DNA of 30,270 nucleotides, taken from contig JBMTPW010000001.1 of assembly GCA_049444115.1 (NCBI GenBank), forward strand, positions 1 to 30,270, read 5' to 3'. This document shows positions 17,481 through 25,941 of the stretch, one piece after another. The notes under the pieces are model-generated. The model had not been told where the DNA came from, searched no databases, and worked only from the letters and a program-made list of their open reading frames with translations. The position numbers and the translations under genes are program-made. Each line of letters begins with the position of its first letter. Position 1 is the stretch's first letter. Source of the DNA: Ilumatobacteraceae bacterium. GTDB lineage: Bacteria; Actinomycetota; Acidimicrobiia; Acidimicrobiales; Ilumatobacteraceae.

Positions 17481-17491
17481 AGCCTCGCGGC

Positions 17492-18391
17492 ATGGTTCGG
17501 ATGCAAAGCATCGATGTCGAAAGTTCGCTACAGGTGCGCCCAGTGACCGGAGTCCTCGGGGCCGAAGTGTCCGGAATCGCTCTGACCGACATCGATGACG
17601 ATCAACTGCGCGAGTTGCGAGCTGCAATCTGTCGTCATGAAGTACTGGTGGTGCGCTCCCAAACAATGGACGCAGCCCAGCAGTCGGCTTTCTCCCGTCG
17701 ACTCGGCCCCGCCGGGGAAGTCCCCTTCGTGGTCACTCGATCCGATGCACCCGATGTCATCCGAGTCGTGAAAGAGGCCGACGAAGGGTCGGCATTCAAT
17801 TTCGGTGGGGCTTGGCATTCCGATTTTTCCTTCCAGGTGGAGCCACCGTCGTTCACCATCCTTGCGGCGGTCGACGTTCCGCCGTGGGGTGGAGACACGC
17901 TGTTCGCCTCCATGACCCCCGCCTGGGAGGAATTGCCGATCGCCATGCGGGAACAACTGCAACCACTCGTTGCCGTTCACACGGCACGCGATGCCTATTC
18001 GCGTCGCATGCAGCCACTCCATTCCGGTATGCGTGGCATGGAGATCGTCTGTGACGATTCGGCCAACGACGAACAACTGCATCCGCTCGTATGTCGGCAT
18101 CCCGAAACGGGTCGGACGGTTCTCTTCTACAACCGGGCCTACGTACGAGACATTTTCGGCATGGACCATGACCAAGCGACAACCCTCATGGAGTTCTTGC
18201 ATCAACACACCACCGACGCGCGTTTCACGTATCGACATCGCTGGCGGGATGGCGACGTGGTGATCTGGGACAACCGGGCGACGCAACACCTGGCGTTGAA
18301 CGATTACGCCGGATTCCGACGTGAACTGAATCGCACCACCGTCGCCGGTTCCATCCCGGTGGCGGCTGGAGCAGTCGTCGACCCACAGTGA
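17492..18391 (+). CDS. TauD/TfdA family Fe(II)/2OG dioxygenase
   Basis: 'WHSD' (HxD), 'GGDTLF', 'HPLVCRHPETGR', 'WDNRATQH', 'R.LNRTTV'. Confidence 0.95.
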   Translation: MVRMQSIDVESSLQVRPVTGVLGAEVSGIALTDIDDDQLRELRAAICRHEVLVVRSQTMDAAQQSAFSRRLGPAGEVPFVVTRSDAPDVIRVVKEADEGSAFNFGGAWHSDFSFQVEPPSFTILAAVDVPPWGGDTLFASMTPAWEELPIAMREQLQPLVAVHTARDAYSRRMQPLHSGMRGMEIVCDDSANDEQLHPLVCRHPETGRTVLFYNRAYVRDIFGMDHDQATTLMEFLHQHTTDARFTYRHRWRDGDVVIWDNRATQHLALNDYAGFRRELNRTTVAGSIPVAAGAVVDPQ

Positions 18392-18404
18392 AACCTCGAC
18401 GGAC

Positions 18405-18974
18405 ATGACGCGCTGCGTGTGGGCCGAATCCTCCGCGCTCATGCGCGACTATCACGACCACGAGTGGGGCATGCCGACTGCCGATGATCGTCTGCTCTTC
18501 GAAAGGATCTGCCTCGAGGGTTTCCAAAGTGGCCTGTCCTGGTCCACGATCCTGACCAAACGTGACTCCTTTCGTCGGGTCTTCGCGGACTTCGATGTGG
18601 AACGTGTGGCCGACTTCGGCGATGCCGAGATCGCCCGACTCGTGAGTGATCCGTCCATCGTTCGGCATGCCGGCAAGATCCGCTCCACCATCAACAATGC
18701 TCGACGCTGTCGGGAGTTGATCACTGCGGAAGGATCCTTGTCGCGGTTCATCTGGCGGTACGAACCTCGATCACCGCTCGGCGCCGGTACGACACGATGC
18801 CCGGAGTCGGAAGTCCTTGCCCGTGATCTGAGGAAGCGAGGATGGACCTTCGTCGGTCCGACCACCATGTACGCCATGATGCAATCTCTTGGCATGGTCA
18901 ACGACCACGAGCCGGGTTGCCCGACCTGGGGGATGGTCGACGTCGCTCGTCGCCGATTCGAACGACCCGACTGA
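18405..18974 (+). CDS. tag: DNA-3-methyladenine glycosylase I
   Basis: 'RC.W', 'YHDHEWG', 'LEGFQSGLSWSTILTKR', 'FVGPTT', 'NDH..GC'; the Zn ligands are present. Confidence 0.96.
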   Translation: MTRCVWAESSALMRDYHDHEWGMPTADDRLLFERICLEGFQSGLSWSTILTKRDSFRRVFADFDVERVADFGDAEIARLVSDPSIVRHAGKIRSTINNARRCRELITAEGSLSRFIWRYEPRSPLGAGTTRCPESEVLARDLRKRGWTFVGPTTMYAMMQSLGMVNDHEPGCPTWGMVDVARRRFERPD

Positions 18975-19023
18975 GCAAGGGTCTGTCCACCCATGGGAGC
19001 GGTCTTTTTGGGAGAATGTCCTC

Positions 19024-19560
19024 GTGAGCGACCTGACCGATACCCGCACCTCGTGGCTGAGCCCTGAAATGCTGGCTGCGGTACGGGCCAACGTCCCGCT
19101 CGTCTATGTGGACGCCATTCCGGTTCGGGTCGACGCCGTGGGGCGGGTGACCAAGGTCGGTCTCTTGCTGCGCGTGGCGGCCGACGGTTCTCTCAGCCGG
19201 ATGCTGGTGTCCGGTCGCGTTCTGTACGGGGAGCGGGTGCGCGACGCTCTGATTCGGCACTTGGAGAAGGACTTGGGTCCACTCGCCTTGCCAAGGGTTC
19301 CACCGAATCCAGCCCCCTTCACCATCGCCGAGTACTTCCCGGATCCCGATGTGAGCGGGTTCGTGGATCCGCGACACCACGCTGTGAGCCTGGTCTATGT
19401 CGTTCCAGTGGATGGAGAGTGCACGCCCACTCAACAAGCCCTCGACTTGGCTTGGTTCTCACCCCGGGAGGCCGCCAGCCCGGCCATCACCGCCGATATG
19501 ACTGGGGGCCAGGACCGACTCCTGCGATTGGCCCTCGCCCATGTGGGCGAATTGCCATGA
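19024..19560 (+). CDS. DUF4916 / Nudix-fold protein with degenerate Nudix box
   Basis: 'WLS...VR..VPLVYVDAIPVRVD', 'SGRVLYGERVRDALIRHLEKDLG', 'DPRHHAVSL', 'LDLAWF'. Start refined to GTG 19024. Confidence 0.85.
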   Translation: MSDLTDTRTSWLSPEMLAAVRANVPLVYVDAIPVRVDAVGRVTKVGLLLRVAADGSLSRMLVSGRVLYGERVRDALIRHLEKDLGPLALPRVPPNPAPFTIAEYFPDPDVSGFVDPRHHAVSLVYVVPVDGECTPTQQALDLAWFSPREAASPAITADMTGGQDRLLRLALAHVGELP

Positions 19561-19564
19561 CTCT

Positions 19565-19894
19565 CTAGATCGAGTTACGCCGTTTGCGTACATGGCGACC
19601 GGAGCGGCCGCGTGGAGCATGGGCCACCACCGACGTGGTTTCGTCGATGTCGACCGAGATGCCGTCGCGGTCGATGTCTCCGGGTTCGCCGGAGGCCTCC
19701 CAGACCACCGCTCCCTCATCCTTAGGTTTCCGCCCGAGCAGCCGCTCGATCCCCAGCATGCCTCCGGCGACGATGGCCCCGATGGCGCCGTAGCGCGAAT
19801 GGGCCCGCTTGATCAGTTCGTGATCCGATGCTGCGTCGAGACGCGGCGCGTCGGCTTCGGATCGATCGGGACCGGGTGTTGTCGGATCCGCCAT
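19565..19894 (-). CDS. Small hypothetical protein with one amphipathic or hydrophobic helix
   Basis: Fills the gap between genes; 'YGAIGAIVAGGMLGIERLLG' segment and basic tail. Confidence 0.7.
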   Translation of the reverse strand: MADPTTPGPDRSEADAPRLDAASDHELIKRAHSRYGAIGAIVAGGMLGIERLLGRKPKDEGAVVWEASGEPGDIDRDGISVDIDETTSVVAHAPRGRSGRHVRKRRNSI

Positions 19895-19973
19895 GACGAG
19901 TACTACGGTACCGGTTCTTGCGATTGGACCCGCATGCCACGAAACATGGTCAACCGTGGATTATTCTGGGCTC

Positions 19974-20864
19974 GTGGCAGGGTGGGGCAGAACGGCGCGG
20001 ACCAGTTCGGCTATGCGCACCGCTCTCGTCGGTCATGTAACCCTGCGTTTCGATGCCATGGCCGCCATCGGCCCAGCCCCCAAAGAGGGAAGCGTCATCG
20101 AAGAAGTGCGACGCAATGGTCGGCACGTCGAGATCGAGTGGGACGACGGTGTGGTGCTCGCCACCAATCTGCGGTTGAGTGGTGAGTGGCACCTGTATCG
20201 CGGAAACGAGCGCTGGCGGCGACCCACGTCGGAGGCTCGAGTGGTGATCGATGTCGAAGAGTGGGTGGCAGTGTGCTTCAATGCCCCACAGGTGGAGACC
20301 TACCGGGTACTCGATCGCGGGCGCCATCCGCAAAGTGGTGGAGCAGGTCCGGATGTTTCGGTTCAGGGGGCCGATCTGGTGACGTGCACGCAGAGACTGC
20401 TGGCATACCGGAACCCCGATGCCGCTGTTGCCGAAGTGCTCACCGACAACTCGGTGATGACGGGCCTCGGCAACGTGGTGCGCTCCGAGGTGCTGTGGGC
20501 CGTGGGTCTCAGTCCTTTCGCTCGCGTCGGAGATCTCTCGTACGAGGACTGTCAGGTCTTGGTCGATACGGCATCACGATTGATTCACACCAGGGTTCCC
20601 ACCGAGCCGGCTGTCTACGGACGTCACGGTCAGCAGTGCAACCGTTGCCGTGGCACGATCGAATTCAAGGTGGTCGGTGAACATCGTCGCGGTCTGTTCT
20701 GGTGTGCCGGTTGTCAGGAACGTCTCGATCGTCGATTGATTCCGGGAACGCTCACCGAACCCGACTCGACGCCGAGTCACCCGGCCGAGGTGCTCTACAT
20801 GTCCGAAATGCGCGAAGCTCGCAAGCGTTTGCAGATCTTCGACGATCTGAGCGAACTCGGCTGA
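19974..20864 (+). CDS. Fpg/Nei-family protein (H2TH + zinc finger) lacking the catalytic N-terminal Pro-Glu
   Basis: 'GRHVEIEW', 'NLRLSG.W', H2TH 'GLGNVVRSEVLW', zinc finger 'CNRC..R..WCAGC'. Start GTG 19974 is supported by TATTCT 6 nt upstream and by register with the Nei N-terminus. Confidence 0.85.
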   Translation: MAGWGRTARTSSAMRTALVGHVTLRFDAMAAIGPAPKEGSVIEEVRRNGRHVEIEWDDGVVLATNLRLSGEWHLYRGNERWRRPTSEARVVIDVEEWVAVCFNAPQVETYRVLDRGRHPQSGGAGPDVSVQGADLVTCTQRLLAYRNPDAAVAEVLTDNSVMTGLGNVVRSEVLWAVGLSPFARVGDLSYEDCQVLVDTASRLIHTRVPTEPAVYGRHGQQCNRCRGTIEFKVVGEHRRGLFWCAGCQERLDRRLIPGTLTEPDSTPSHPAEVLYMSEMREARKRLQIFDDLSELG

Positions 20865-20877
20865 TTCCCCGAATCGG
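20861..20877. terminator. Short hairpin between convergent stops
   Basis: CTGATTC-ccc-GAATCGG: 7-bp stem with one G-U pair and no U-tract. Confidence 0.25.
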
Positions 20878-21267
20878 TCAGGCGCGACCCATGATCCGGT
20901 CGACGCTGATTTCGATGGCGACTCGGTCCGGACGTTGTTTCGGCTCTCGATAGCGCGCTGAGTAGCCCTCCACGGCTCGGCGAACATCATCGGCATCGGA
21001 TGTGAGCGACACGGAGCCTTCCAGAGTGAGCCATCGCCCACCGTCGACCTGGCTCACCGCCGCCCGTCCACCCCGAGCCGCGTTGAGGGTCTTCTGCGAG
21101 CCGGCAAAGGTGATGATACGTACTGTCGCCGTCCCGGAATCGTAGGAAAATCCCACCGGCACCACATGGGGTGATCCATCCTGACGGAGGGTCGTCAGCG
21201 TGGCGAGGTGACGTTCCTGCAGGAACTCGAGCACGGAGTCGGGGAGATGGAGAGGATCGAGGGGCAT
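20878..21267 (-). CDS. PPOX-class (pyridoxamine 5'-phosphate oxidase-like) oxidoreductase, probably F420-binding
   Basis: 'FLQERHLATLTTLRQDGSPHVVPVGF', 'QKTLN', 'WLTLEG', 'DRVAIEI'. Confidence 0.9.
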   Translation of the reverse strand: MPLDPLHLPDSVLEFLQERHLATLTTLRQDGSPHVVPVGFSYDSGTATVRIITFAGSQKTLNAARGGRAAVSQVDGGRWLTLEGSVSLTSDADDVRRAVEGYSARYREPKQRPDRVAIEISVDRIMGRA

Positions 21268-21283
21268 GTCGCCGGTTCCTTCG

Positions 21284-23851
21284 TCACTGCGTGGCGATTG
21301 CTTCGAGAATGTCCAGTTTCGCGGCCCGTCGCGCCGGGAAGATGGCGGCGAAGATGCCGACGATCACCGAGGCGATGAGGATGGTGACGATGGTACCGAT
21401 GGGGATGGTGGTGGAGGTGATGAAAGTGTCGGGCAAGGCATTCGCGACCGCCAGACCGAGCGGGACGCCGACGAGGATGCCGAGGGTCGCGCCGAACACC
21501 GACACGATGATGGCTTCCCATCGCACCGTGCGCTTCAAGGCACGGCGGTTCATCCCTACCGCGCGCAGTAGTCCGAACTCCCTGGTGCGTTCGAAAACCG
21601 AGAGCGCCATGGTGTTGGCGATGCCGAGAACAGCGATGAAGATGGCGAAGACCAAGAGTCCGTAGACGATGGTCAGCAATTGGTTCAACTGGTCTTCTTG
21701 GGACTGTTGGAACTCGGCCTGGTCCTGTACTTCGGCGCTCGGGAAATCCTTGGCCACCGCGTCGACGGCAACTCGAGCATCCTCGATCGAAACGCCATCG
21801 GCGATCTTCGCTCCGATGAAGAAGTCCACTGGGATCGTTGCGGTGACCGAGGCCAAGGTGTCCAAACTGATAAACCAGTTGACAGCCACCGAAGAGTCCG
21901 CGTACACCCCGCCGACTCGGAGTTCCGACACCGTGCCGTTCTGCCAGGTGACCGATACCGAGTCGCCCACACCGACGTCCAGGTCCCGCGCTGGATCGCG
22001 ATGCAACAAGATGGATCCTTCGTCGATACTGGCCACGTCGCCCGACTTCAAGTCGATGTCCACCAGGTCGGCGAAAGCACTGCCCCGAACGGCTCCGATC
22101 TGCTTGGTTTGACCATTCACTTGTGCGGTCGTAGCGCGGAATGGGCTCACGGCCGATAGCTCGGGCAACTCCGACAGGCGTTCGGCAAAGGCCACTGGCA
22201 GCCCTTGGAATCCGGTGTTGGTGACGAAGAAGTCTGCAGTCACCGAACGACTCAACTGTTCGGTGAACGAGGCCTTCACTGATTCGGCCACCACCGACAC
22301 CATGCTGACGAGAGCCAAACCCACCATGAGCGCCGAAGCCGTCGATGCCGTGCGACGCGGTGTGCGTTGCGCGTTACGGCTGGCGAGGCGGCCGGGCACC
22401 GAGCGGATCATGGGCCGGAATGGCAGCGGCAGGATCCGACTGATGGCCCGACTGACCGGAGCCGCCACCGTCGTGGACAAACTGGCGATACCGAGGAAGA
22501 GCAAGATTGCGCCGAGCCCGGCCAGACCGAGCGTGCCGGCGGTGCCACCAGGACGCACGAAGAGACCGAGCCCGAACATGGCCACACCGACTGCGAAGGT
22601 GGTGGTCCCGACGGCGAGGCGTTTGGTGCGCTGCAGGGCCGAGAATCCCAGTTCGGGTCGCATGGCTGCCACCGGAGGAATGCGGGCGGCGCGCAGCGCC
22701 GGAACGATGGCCGCAGCCACGGTGACCACTACACCCACCAGAACCGAGACCGCCACGGTGCGCAAGGTCACCGACAGGTTGGCCGCCGGGAACGCCGCGC
22801 CGGCGGCATTGAACAGGGCGGTGATGCCCGAGGCCACGCCCAGTCCGGCGAAGAGTCCGAGAACGGTGGCGACGACGGCGATGACGAGGGCCTCGCCGAT
22901 GATCATCGAACGGATCTGCCGGGTGCTGGCACCCACGGCGCGTAGTAGAGCCAGCTCCCGCATGCGCTGGCTGATGATGATGGCGAAGGTATTGAAGATC
23001 AGAAAGGCACTGACGAAGAGCGAGACGGCGGCGAATCCCAGGAGTACGTTCCCGAAGATGTCGATGATGTCATTGATTGCCCCAGCAGTTTCCTCGGCGG
23101 ATTGCTCACCGGGGATGACTTCGATGGTCGATGGCAACAGCTCGTCGATGGCCGAGCGCACGTCGTCGCGCGAGGCGCCCTCTTCGACGCCCACATAGAT
23201 GGATTCGGCAAGCCCTCGGGCACCCAGGAATTCGTCGGCGGTCTCGGGATCGAAGGCGGCGATGCTGGCACCTCCACTTCCCGAACTGGTCCTGGTGCCG
23301 GTGAGTCCCACCAAGGTGAATTCGCCTTTGCCCGTGGGTCCGACGATCGTGACGAGGTCGCCCAGTTCGTATTTGGCGCGTTCCACCGAACGCTGATCGA
23401 TGGCGACTTCTGCTGGTCCGGATGGTGTCCGACCTTCGAGCAGAATGCGTCCGTCCAATCCATCGGGTCCGGTCCAAGAAATGCCGAAAGCCGGGCCGGA
23501 TGTCCGCAACGGATCACCATCGGCATCGATGATGGTGGCAGCGGCAATGACGTTGGCCTCGACCCGGGAGACACCGGGGACGGCGTCGATGTCATCGATG
23601 AGCGACACCGGCACCGGATCGCGCTCGGCGGTGGCTTGATCACCGAAGGCGATGGTGCTGCGAATCTCGAGATCGATGTCGCCACGCAATTCCTCGAAAA
23701 TGTTGTTGATGGCCGACTTGACGCTGTCGGTGAGGATGAATGCCCCGGAGACGAAGGCGACACCGCTGACCACGGCGAGAATGGTCAGAAGGATGCGGAA
23801 CTTGCGCGCCAGAACGCCACGCAAGGTGAGACGGGGAAGAGGAGTCGACAT
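21284..23851 (-). CDS. FtsX/MacB-like ABC transporter permease (two FtsX domains)
   Basis: 'LTILAVVSGVAF', 'QRMRELALLRAVGAS', 'ERTREFGLLRAVGM', 'PARRAAKL..LEAI'. Confidence 0.95.
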   Translation of the reverse strand: MSTPLPRLTLRGVLARKFRILLTILAVVSGVAFVSGAFILTDSVKSAINNIFEELRGDIDLEIRSTIAFGDQATAERDPVPVSLIDDIDAVPGVSRVEANVIAAATIIDADGDPLRTSGPAFGISWTGPDGLDGRILLEGRTPSGPAEVAIDQRSVERAKYELGDLVTIVGPTGKGEFTLVGLTGTRTSSGSGGASIAAFDPETADEFLGARGLAESIYVGVEEGASRDDVRSAIDELLPSTIEVIPGEQSAEETAGAINDIIDIFGNVLLGFAAVSLFVSAFLIFNTFAIIISQRMRELALLRAVGASTRQIRSMIIGEALVIAVVATVLGLFAGLGVASGITALFNAAGAAFPAANLSVTLRTVAVSVLVGVVVTVAAAIVPALRAARIPPVAAMRPELGFSALQRTKRLAVGTTTFAVGVAMFGLGLFVRPGGTAGTLGLAGLGAILLFLGIASLSTTVAAPVSRAISRILPLPFRPMIRSVPGRLASRNAQRTPRRTASTASALMVGLALVSMVSVVAESVKASFTEQLSRSVTADFFVTNTGFQGLPVAFAERLSELPELSAVSPFRATTAQVNGQTKQIGAVRGSAFADLVDIDLKSGDVASIDEGSILLHRDPARDLDVGVGDSVSVTWQNGTVSELRVGGVYADSSVAVNWFISLDTLASVTATIPVDFFIGAKIADGVSIEDARVAVDAVAKDFPSAEVQDQAEFQQSQEDQLNQLLTIVYGLLVFAIFIAVLGIANTMALSVFERTREFGLLRAVGMNRRALKRTVRWEAIIVSVFGATLGILVGVPLGLAVANALPDTFITSTTIPIGTIVTILIASVIVGIFAAIFPARRAAKLDILEAIATQ

Positions 23852-23862
23852 GTCGTCGGCGG

Positions 23863-24597
23863 TCAGCTGCCGAGTCGCTTCATGCGGTCGAGAACTTCGG
23901 CCGCCGTCGGGTCGATCAGCTCATCGACCACTTTGCCGTCGCCGAGGAACACCACCCGATCGGCGTAGGCAGCCGCCACCGGATCGTGAGTGACCATCAC
24001 AATGGTCTGTCCGAGGTCCGACACGGCGTGCTTCATGAATCGCAGGATCTCGGCGCCGGTGCGACTGTCGAGGTTGCCGGTGGGTTCGTCGGCAAAGATG
24101 ATCTGCGGTTTGCTGGCCAGTGCCCGGGCCACGGCAACCCGCTGCTGTTGACCGCCGGAAAGTTCACTCGGCCGGTGGTGCAGACGATTGCGCAGACCCA
24201 TGGCGTCGATCACCGTGTCCAGCCATCCCTGATCGACGCTTTGGCCGCCGAGATCCATGGGCAGAGTGATGTTCTCGAGCGCTGTGAGCGTGGGAATCAA
24301 GTTGTAGGCCTGGAAGATGAAACCGACCTTCTCGCGGCGCAACTTCGTCAGTGCTTTGTCGTCGAGTTGGGCCAGGTCGGTGTCGCCGAGAATCACCGAT
24401 CCTGCAGTGAGGGAATCGAGGCCGGCGAGACAATGCATGAGTGTGCTCTTGCCGCTTCCGGACGGTCCCATGATGGCGGTGAACTTGCCGAGTTCGAAGG
24501 ATACGGAGACTCCGTCGAGCGCCCGCACCTCACTGTCGTCGGATCCGTAGATCTTGTAGGCATCGACCGCCAGTGCGGCCACCGTGGACTGGGTCAT
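23863..24597 (-). CDS. ABC transporter ATP-binding protein (LolD/MacB-like)
   Basis: Walker A GPSGSGKST, signature LSGGQQQRV, Walker B 'IFADEPTGNLD', H-loop VTHD. Confidence 0.97.
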   Translation of the reverse strand: MTQSTVAALAVDAYKIYGSDDSEVRALDGVSVSFELGKFTAIMGPSGSGKSTLMHCLAGLDSLTAGSVILGDTDLAQLDDKALTKLRREKVGFIFQAYNLIPTLTALENITLPMDLGGQSVDQGWLDTVIDAMGLRNRLHHRPSELSGGQQQRVAVARALASKPQIIFADEPTGNLDSRTGAEILRFMKHAVSDLGQTIVMVTHDPVAAAYADRVVFLGDGKVVDELIDPTAAEVLDRMKRLGS

Positions 24598-24652
24598 GGG
24601 GTCATTCTGCCGGGACGGGAGACGTGATCAGCAGCGCCCATCCCGGTAATGA

Positions 24653-25288
24653 TCACTTCTTGGGCTGGGGTAGAACGCGCAAGTACGGCTTGACGGTTGT
24701 CCAACCCTGCGGGAAGAGGGTCTTGGCTTCTTCGTCGGTGACCGCCGCGCCGATGATCACATCGTCGCCGTCCTTCCAGTTGGCTGGAGTGGCCACTTTG
24801 TGTTTCGCAGTGAGTTGCAGCGAGTCGATGACCCGCAGGATCTCGTCGAAGTTGCGGCCAGTCGAAGCCGGATAGGTGATGGTCAGCTTGACCTTCTTGT
24901 CCGGTCCGATCACGAACACGCTTCGAACGGTCAACGTGTCGTTGGCGTTGGGGTGGATCATGTCGTAGAGATCGCTCACCGTGCGATCGGGATCGCCGAT
25001 CATCGGGAAATTGACCGCAGTGCCTTGCGTCTCGGCGATATCGCCTTCCCATTTCACATGACTGTCTACCGGATCGACCGACAGGCCGATCACCTTGACA
25101 TTGCGCTTGTCGAACTCGGGCTTGATTCGTGCGACATAGCCCAGTTCGGTGGTGCACACCGGGGTGAAGTCCTTGGGGTGGCTGAAGAGCACGCCCCAGG
25201 AATCGCCGAGCCATTCGTGGAACGAGATCCTGCCTTGGGTGGTGTCGGCAGTGAAGTCGGGAGCGGTGTCTCCGAGACGAACGGTCAT
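24653..25288 (-). CDS. 1-Cys peroxiredoxin (Prx6 subfamily, LsfA-like)
   Basis: 'FSHPKDFTPVCTTELG' (PVCTTE), 'YPASTGRNFDEILR', 'TPANW'. SD AGGAGG upstream. Confidence 0.96.
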   Translation of the reverse strand: MTVRLGDTAPDFTADTTQGRISFHEWLGDSWGVLFSHPKDFTPVCTTELGYVARIKPEFDKRNVKVIGLSVDPVDSHVKWEGDIAETQGTAVNFPMIGDPDRTVSDLYDMIHPNANDTLTVRSVFVIGPDKKVKLTITYPASTGRNFDEILRVIDSLQLTAKHKVATPANWKDGDDVIIGAAVTDEEAKTLFPQGWTTVKPYLRVLPQPKK

Positions 25289-25333
25289 GATGATCCTCCT
25301 GGTGGATGTGTCCGACGACAGAGGATAGAGCCA

Positions 25334-25358
25334 ATTCCCGACCTTTCCTATCGGGAAT
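25334..25358. promoter_or_regulatory. Perfect inverted repeat ATTCCCGA-N9-TCGGGAAT (candidate operator)
   Basis: Read directly from sequence, between the divergent prx and DUF2231 genes. Confidence 0.7.
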
Positions 25359-25437
25359 CAAAGAAAGAGCCGATTGGTCCCCTCGAGGGTCCCGAGGCGC
25401 TCGTGCCGGGCAGAGGATCTGGCTCCCCTGCTAGGAC

Positions 25438-25932
25438 ATGGAGATGGAAATCGAAGAACTTGCCGGTCTGCCGGCTCATCCCCTGTTCGTCCACCTTCCG
25501 GTCGTGGTCGTCCCCATGGCCGCGGCGGCAGCGCTGTTCCTGGCGGTCTTTCCGCGCTTCATCTCCAAGTGGGGTTGGTGGGCGGTCGGCCTGGCCGGGG
25601 TCGGCGCTCTAGGAGCCGTCCTGGCTGCCGGGAGCGGTGAAGCCCTCGAAGAGAGTGTGCGAGAGACCGAGGCCATCGAACGTCATGTGGAATTGGGCGA
25701 AATGGCCCGCAATCTGTCGCTCGTCCTGTTCGTCGTGGTGCTGGCCCTCATGTTGGCCCGCAAGGTTCTTGCGGTCAGCCGCCTTCGAACCATTGTCGCA
25801 TCGATCGTGGTAGCCGCAGCTGCGGTTGGAGCGGTGGTCACAATTGCCAGCGCGGGCCACACCGGAGCGGAGAGCGTTTGGTCCGATCGAACCAAGGATG
25901 GATCCGAGAAGCGCTATGACGACGAGGATTAG
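25438..25932 (+). CDS. DUF2231-like membrane protein
   Basis: 'GLPAHPLFVHLPVV', 'RHVELG', 'GHTGAESVW', about 4 TM helices. Start at 25438 or 25444. Confidence 0.8.
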   Translation: MEMEIEELAGLPAHPLFVHLPVVVVPMAAAAALFLAVFPRFISKWGWWAVGLAGVGALGAVLAAGSGEALEESVRETEAIERHVELGEMARNLSLVLFVVVLALMLARKVLAVSRLRTIVASIVVAAAAVGAVVTIASAGHTGAESVWSDRTKDGSEKRYDDED

Positions 25933-25941
25933 CCTACGACC

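Noticed and set aside
19934-19946. ATG CCA c GAA could give 'MPE' for the Nei-like gene through a one-base frameshift
   Set aside because: It would place MPE 13 codons too far upstream of the conserved helix. GTG 19974 fits both the register and a -10 element.
19893-19973. ORF-track start of the Nei-like gene at ATG 19893
   Set aside because: It overlaps the divergent gene's start codon in a CATG palindrome, leaving no promoter space.
25380-25389. 10-bp palindrome CCCTCGAGGG
   Set aside because: GC-rich and short enough to arise by chance, with no second copy noticed.
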